Positions 33,928 through 38,042 of a stretch of 38,042 nucleotides of DNA are shown piece by piece. The stretch lies in IMG/VR virus record IMGVR_UViG_3300034357_000290, positions 1 through 38,042 of that record; one strand, 5' to 3'. How positions within the stretch are numbered: position 1 is the first letter of the stretch; the number at the start of each line of letters is the position of its first letter. The notes beneath the pieces are model-generated. The model was not told the origin of the DNA. It saw nothing but the letters and a program-made list of their open reading frames with translations, and made no database searches. The stretch is from a virus. Taxonomy: Duplodnaviria > Caudoviricetes. The translations under genes were made by a program, and so were the position numbers.

Positions 33928-34322
33928 ACGATGTCGTCCCTCGGCGGCACCGGCACGAGGCTGATGGAAAACTCGATCTTGGTTGAGATCGGGCCGCCAT
34001 TCGGCCCCTGCAGCGTCGTGACCTGCTGCTCGGTGTACTTCTCGCGGAAGCGGGCCTGCATCGACTTGGCCCAGACCTGCTGCTGGAACTTGTCAGCGAA
34101 CAGCGCCTTCTTGCCGACGCGCTCCCACCACGCATGCTCGAGCTCCTTCGCTCGTGTGAGTGCTGTGAGAAATCCTGGGTGCGCCTCGCACCAATTTCGC
34201 ATCGTTGCGCGGTCGACGCCGATGTCGGCGGAGATTTCTTCGGGCGAATTGCCCTCGCTCCCGAGCTCGATGACGCGCTCGCAGAAACTGGGATCGTACT
34301 TGCTGGGGCGGCCTGCTGGCAT
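33924..34322 (-). CDS. terS: Terminase small subunit
   Basis: GRPSKY, HTH, GPNGGPI; overlaps terL. Confidence 0.88.
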   Translation of the reverse strand: MPAGRPSKYDPSFCERVIELGSEGNSPEEISADIGVDRATMRNWCEAHPGFLTALTRAKELEHAWWERVGKKALFADKFQQQVWAKSMQARFREKYTEQQVTTLQGPNGGPISTKIEFSISLVPVPPRDDIV

Positions 34323-34407
34323 TCGGTCCTCGATGTTGTTCGAGCCGCTCCAGACACCCCCTGCGTCGTGGACCAATCGCTAAGGCATCCGAAGCGGCTC
34401 GCCCATC

Positions 34408-34477
34408 GTGTAACCTATTTTTGGATCACTTGAAAGCGATTTTCGTTACACATCAATGTGTTACACAGTCATGTGTT
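34408..34477. promoter_or_regulatory. Putative late-promoter control region
   Basis: Operator-like AACCTATTTTTGGATC (34412-34427), 15-bp tandem GTTACACAnnnATGT and inverted GTGTAAC. Confidence 0.55.
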
Positions 34478-34479
34478 GG

Positions 34480-35037
34480 TCAGCCCGAGGCGAATGCCCG
34501 GAGAGCTTCTGGGAGGTCGTCGCCCTTCGACCAGTCGATCTTGGGCAGCGTCGAGGTCGGATCGACGCGGGCTGGCACGACCTTGGCGCCGGGCCAGACG
34601 CGCTTGGCCTCGTTGACCATCTCGAACTGCCAGACGACGCGGGCGAACTCCTCGACGGTCCAGACGGCGGCGAGGCGGTTGTCGCCAACGGCCTGCCTGG
34701 CGCTGTCGTCGTCAGCGCAGATGACCGCCAGGCGGCCGTCAGGCAGCAGGGCCTCCATGGTGCGCCGATCCACGGGACTGGCACCGGCGGCCTCCGCTGT
34801 GGCGCCCAGCACCCTCCAGGCGTTGACCATGCGCCCGGCCTCGTACTCGACGTTGGCGATCGAGCCGCCAGTCGCCTCCTCGGTGATGGCGTCGTCGAGC
34901 TTTGCCTTCTGCCGCCAGTATGCCTCGGCCATGTCGTTCGGCACGAGGGTCGGCAACCGACCGACCCCCCACCAGAGCTCTGCCCTGTGCGCCACCTCGT
35001 CGAGTGCCTCGAGGGCGATCTGTGATCTAGTTTTCAT
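34480..35037 (-). CDS. Hypothetical protein after the primase-helicase region
   Basis: MKTRSQ...WGVGRLPTLV...WPGAKV...GDDLP. Confidence 0.75.
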   Translation of the reverse strand: MKTRSQIALEALDEVAHRAELWWGVGRLPTLVPNDMAEAYWRQKAKLDDAITEEATGGSIANVEYEAGRMVNAWRVLGATAEAAGASPVDRRTMEALLPDGRLAVICADDDSARQAVGDNRLAAVWTVEEFARVVWQFEMVNEAKRVWPGAKVVPARVDPTSTLPKIDWSKGDDLPEALRAFASG

Positions 35038-35365
35038 CGACCAGCACCTCGCCGTCGCCGCACACGTCCACCCAGCCGTTGACCACGGGCCACTGACCCA
35101 TGACGCCATACCCATCCCTGAAGACAGGGGGGCGCCTGTGGCATTCCCCTGACGGCGCCTGCATGCTCCCCTTGGGCATTGGCCGGTCGTCCTCAATGAA
35201 CCAGACGCAGGACATGCATGTCTCGGTTGCCGACACGTACTCGATCCGCCTGAGCCTCTCGAAACTGCTTTCCTCGGCAGGTGTCTTTTCACCTGCGTCG
35301 GCCTCCTGCAATGGCGACTCCGCGCCGGCGGAAGTCGCTATGGGGGTATGGGGGACTTCCGCCAT
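35027..35365 (-). CDS. Small Cys-rich (metal-binding) protein
   Basis: CMSCVWF...GECHRRPP...WPVV...CGD. Start uncertain because it overlaps the iterons. Confidence 0.55.
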   Translation of the reverse strand: MAEVPHTPIATSAGAESPLQEADAGEKTPAEESSFERLRRIEYVSATETCMSCVWFIEDDRPMPKGSMQAPSGECHRRPPVFRDGYGVMGQWPVVNGWVDVCGDGEVLVDEN

Positions 35366-35496
35366 TTTAACCTCCGCTTTGTTTTCAATGACTTGCATAC
35401 TAGACTTCCTAACCTCCGCTGAACTTCCGCCTTCAATCTTTTCAAGCACTTGCTGATACCAGTTCCGCTACTTCCGCCGGCCTATCCGACCTCCGC
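35328..35496. repeat. Iteron-like cluster, putative replication origin
   Basis: ACYTCCGC at 35355, 35370, 35412, 35423, 35470 and 35489, AGTTCCGC at 35461, inverted copy at 35328; AT-rich spacers. Confidence 0.7.
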
Positions 35497-37650
35497 ATTG
35501 ATAAATCCGGTGACCTTGAGACCCTTCATCTTGGTCTTCTTGTCGACGATCTCGAGGCTCACGGTGCCGTTGTCGAGCCACTGCTGGACGAGGGCGTCGA
35601 CGGCCTCGGAGACCATGCCGTGGAGTGCCGCCATGCGGCGCCCGACGTGGCGTCCCTCCTTCCGGGTCTGGGTGGCATTGGAGAGGGGCTTGCCGGCGTT
35701 CCACGCCGCCCTGATCTCGTCGAGGATGACCTGGGCCATGGATGGCGACAGGCCGGCCGAGGAGGTGTCCACGACGTCGAAGGTGCCCCGATCGTTGAGG
35801 GAGATGGTGACGGGCTCCGGGCTCTCGCCATTGCGGCACTCGAAGAACACCCGGCGCTCAGGCCCCTCCTCCGACTTGCGGAAGATGACGATGCCGGTGT
35901 CGTAGTAGCCGCGCAGGGCTCCACTACCGCGGATCGCCACAAAGGGGTCCCGGTTCATGTCGTCGACGTTCTTCTTCGAGGAGTGGTGGACCATGAGGAT
36001 TGCCGCCGTGGGGTTCACCATGCGGCGGAGGGCGTCAACGCGCTGGGTCAGGAAGGCCATGACCTCGGGCGCCTTGTCCTCGCTCTCGCCATCGAACAGG
36101 TTGGCGAGAGGGTCGATAGCGATGATGTCGGGGCCGTCTGGGAACCGATCCCTGATGATCTCGGCCGCCATGGCGACGCCGGCCTCGTCCAGCAGCATGT
36201 GGAAGCGTTCGGTCACGATCATGTTCTGACCCAGCAGTGACCGCTGCTCTGGCGTCAGGAAGGTCCGCATCTTGAACCGCTTCTTGAGCAGCTTCCTGCC
36301 CATCTCGGCCTGCAGGTAGAAGACCTTGAGGGGCTTCGGGACGGTGAAGGCTCCGCCCAGGAACGAGCCCCCGGTGGCGCAGGCCACCAGCATCTCGGTC
36401 AGCAGGAATGACTTCTGGGACTTCGGCGGGCCGGCTATGAGGCCGAAGTTGCCGGGCCCGAGGAAGTTGGGCTCGATGTACTCGGGCGGATCTGGCTCGT
36501 TGTCGTCGAGGAGCTCGAGGAAGCTGGCGGTCTTGATCTTGTAGGCCGGCATGCCGCTACCGCCGGCCGCGGAAAAATCCGACGTCGTATGAGCCTTCTT
36601 GGCCTTTGCCTTGGCTTCATATGCCGCCACGATCTGTTCGAGGGTCCGGTAGAATGTTCCATGTGTGTCACGCAGGCGACCGGCCTCGAAGCGGCGGATG
36701 ATGTAGGCGCACTTCCGGAGGCACTCGTCGGGGCCGCGGGTGTTTTTGCCGGGAACGCTCACGACGACGCCCTTCTCGTACTGGGGCCACGCGGCCTCGA
36801 AGAGCTCCTGCACTGTCGGCATGGCCCCGGTCGTGCCCACGAGCTCGAAGAACACCGCCATCACTGTGCGGTGCATGTAGGCCTCGCGCCCGTCCTCGAT
36901 CTTGCCGGTGTCGAGGCCGAGGCTATTCTTTGAGCCGACCCGGTCGATGGGGTCATTCTTGTGGGTGGGATCGAAGTCGTGGACCTTCTGCTGGTTCGGG
37001 TATGCCTTGGCGATCGCCTCCGCGGCGTAGCGCCGATTGGGGTCCTTCACCGGCCGGAGAGACGTCATCTCCGGCACGCGGTCCTTCTTCGTGGGCCACG
37101 CGACAGATCCAGCCAGGCGCATGATGCGGCCGGGATTGGTGATGGAGCGGTCGCCGTCGAGCATGTCTGCGAGGCCGCCGAAGAGTTGCCGGTGCTGCTC
37201 GGGGTCGGTGACCGGCTCCTGCAGCAGCCAGAAAAGCTGCAGCCGCGTGTGCGGATCGTTACCGGTGCAGACGACGAACGTCGGCGGCATGTGCAGCGTG
37301 CGCTCTGGCGCCGCGGCCGACGCGGCCTTCGCGTCAAGGTCGGCGCCCACGGCGGTCGTGGCGTAGTGGTCGGAATCCGAGGCGCGGCCGAATGGCGGCG
37401 TGTCGGGATCGCGCAACGCCACGCCCACGTAGGCGTTGCGGCCGGCGGCATTCTGCTGCGCGGCGTAGGCGACGGCCCGATCCATGGCATCGACGCCGAA
37501 GAGCTGGCCGAGCCAGCCGTGGCCGGTGTTGATGGCGATCTCGATCAGGCCGTCGTCGTATTCGCGCGCGTGGCCGAAGAGGAGCTCGAGGTGGCGCCGC
37601 ATGTCTTGCGTATTTGGGGCGAGGTGCCCGGCGGCTTCGGCCATGGTCAT
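35482..37650 (-). CDS. Primase-helicase (RepB'-type primase + RepA/AAA_25 helicase)
   Basis: ADLD, RLQLFW, RIMRLAG; Walker A GPPKSQKS, IAIDP, VHHSSK, RGSGAL. Confidence 0.88.
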   Translation of the reverse strand: MTMAEAAGHLAPNTQDMRRHLELLFGHAREYDDGLIEIAINTGHGWLGQLFGVDAMDRAVAYAAQQNAAGRNAYVGVALRDPDTPPFGRASDSDHYATTAVGADLDAKAASAAAPERTLHMPPTFVVCTGNDPHTRLQLFWLLQEPVTDPEQHRQLFGGLADMLDGDRSITNPGRIMRLAGSVAWPTKKDRVPEMTSLRPVKDPNRRYAAEAIAKAYPNQQKVHDFDPTHKNDPIDRVGSKNSLGLDTGKIEDGREAYMHRTVMAVFFELVGTTGAMPTVQELFEAAWPQYEKGVVVSVPGKNTRGPDECLRKCAYIIRRFEAGRLRDTHGTFYRTLEQIVAAYEAKAKAKKAHTTSDFSAAGGSGMPAYKIKTASFLELLDDNEPDPPEYIEPNFLGPGNFGLIAGPPKSQKSFLLTEMLVACATGGSFLGGAFTVPKPLKVFYLQAEMGRKLLKKRFKMRTFLTPEQRSLLGQNMIVTERFHMLLDEAGVAMAAEIIRDRFPDGPDIIAIDPLANLFDGESEDKAPEVMAFLTQRVDALRRMVNPTAAILMVHHSSKKNVDDMNRDPFVAIRGSGALRGYYDTGIVIFRKSEEGPERRVFFECRNGESPEPVTISLNDRGTFDVVDTSSAGLSPSMAQVILDEIRAAWNAGKPLSNATQTRKEGRHVGRRMAALHGMVSEAVDALVQQWLDNGTVSLEIVDKKTKMKGLKVTGFINAEVG

Positions 37651-37668
37651 GGTAGCTCCGTCGTCAGT

Positions 37669-37980
37669 TTAGTTGTGGAGTTTAATTTCGTTCAGACGGC
37701 GCTCGGCCAGCATCCGCTCTCGCTGCCTCTGGTAGAGCTCCTCGTAGGCGGCGCGCAGCGCGTCGAGGGTCGAGGCCCGCACGTCCGAGAGCTCGCCGGG
37801 CTTGTATTTCAGGCGCTGCAAGGTGCGCGGCGGAAGGTGCCAGCGACGCTCTGCCTTCTCGATGGCGAGTGCCATGTTCAGGCCGTCAGGGCGCCGCTCG
37901 TACTCAATGAGGAATCGTGCGAGGCGAGATGCCTCATCGACACATTGTTGCGGTGTTAGGGGTCGAAATTTCCGGTCCAC
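37669..37980 (-). CDS. Putative transcriptional regulator in the CII position
   Basis: 103 aa, AGGAG RBS + GTG; lies between cro and the primase gene on the circle. Confidence 0.65.
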   Translation of the reverse strand: MDRKFRPLTPQQCVDEASRLARFLIEYERRPDGLNMALAIEKAERRWHLPPRTLQRLKYKPGELSDVRASTLDALRAAYEELYQRQRERMLAERRLNEIKLHN

Positions 37981-38042
37981 GGAAATGCTCCTATGTTAAA
38001 AATGGCCGACCCCGGAGAGCCGGCCAAGTTGAGGGAGGAAGC

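Larger units (their letters stand above)
1..37915. mobile_element. Complete temperate podovirus-like phage genome (circular assembly)
   Basis: Full set of immunity, integration, replication, packaging, head, short-tail/ejection and lysis genes. No host genes, no tape measure, tube or sheath. Ends overlap by 127 bp. Confidence 0.95.

Noticed and set aside
37916-38042. Biological terminal repeat of the virion DNA
   Set aside because: It is exactly 127 bp (a typical k-mer overlap), splits an ORF and lies far from terS, so it is best explained as an assembly artefact.

Overview
The window looks like one complete, circularly assembled temperate phage genome of about 37,915 bp: bases 1-127 recur exactly at 37916-38042, consistent with an assembly overlap. 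It is GC-rich and podovirus-like. The host is probably alphaproteobacterial, inferred from a tRNA-Val-like attP core, a SuhB-like TTCCTCCC motif and RcGTA-like head-spike genes. Plus strand: cI (HTH + S24), small early genes, PD-(D/E)XK exonuclease, putative SSB, RusA, adenine MTase, an accessory cluster, an Xis-like ORF, tyrosine integrase, attP, and a small operon with its own operator. Minus strand: cro, a CII-position gene, primase-helicase with an iteron-like origin, TerS, TerL, portal, scaffold, major capsid, head-spike module, amidase endolysin, adaptor, tail fibre, nozzle, holin-like genes and about seven ejection proteins. The best candidate for a novel system is a split head-spike fibre. 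A 114-aa gene carries three LLGxExxGxxLDFxxN modules and is followed by a 712-aa lectin-like fibre body that lacks this module. A fourth copy (19/37 identical, ungapped) is inserted in the tail nozzle, suggesting plug-and-socket display of one adhesin on both head and tail. The second candidate is an 830-aa ejection-cluster protein with an HhH-GPD glycosylase-like domain. All family calls come from reading motifs and synteny by eye; no searches were run.
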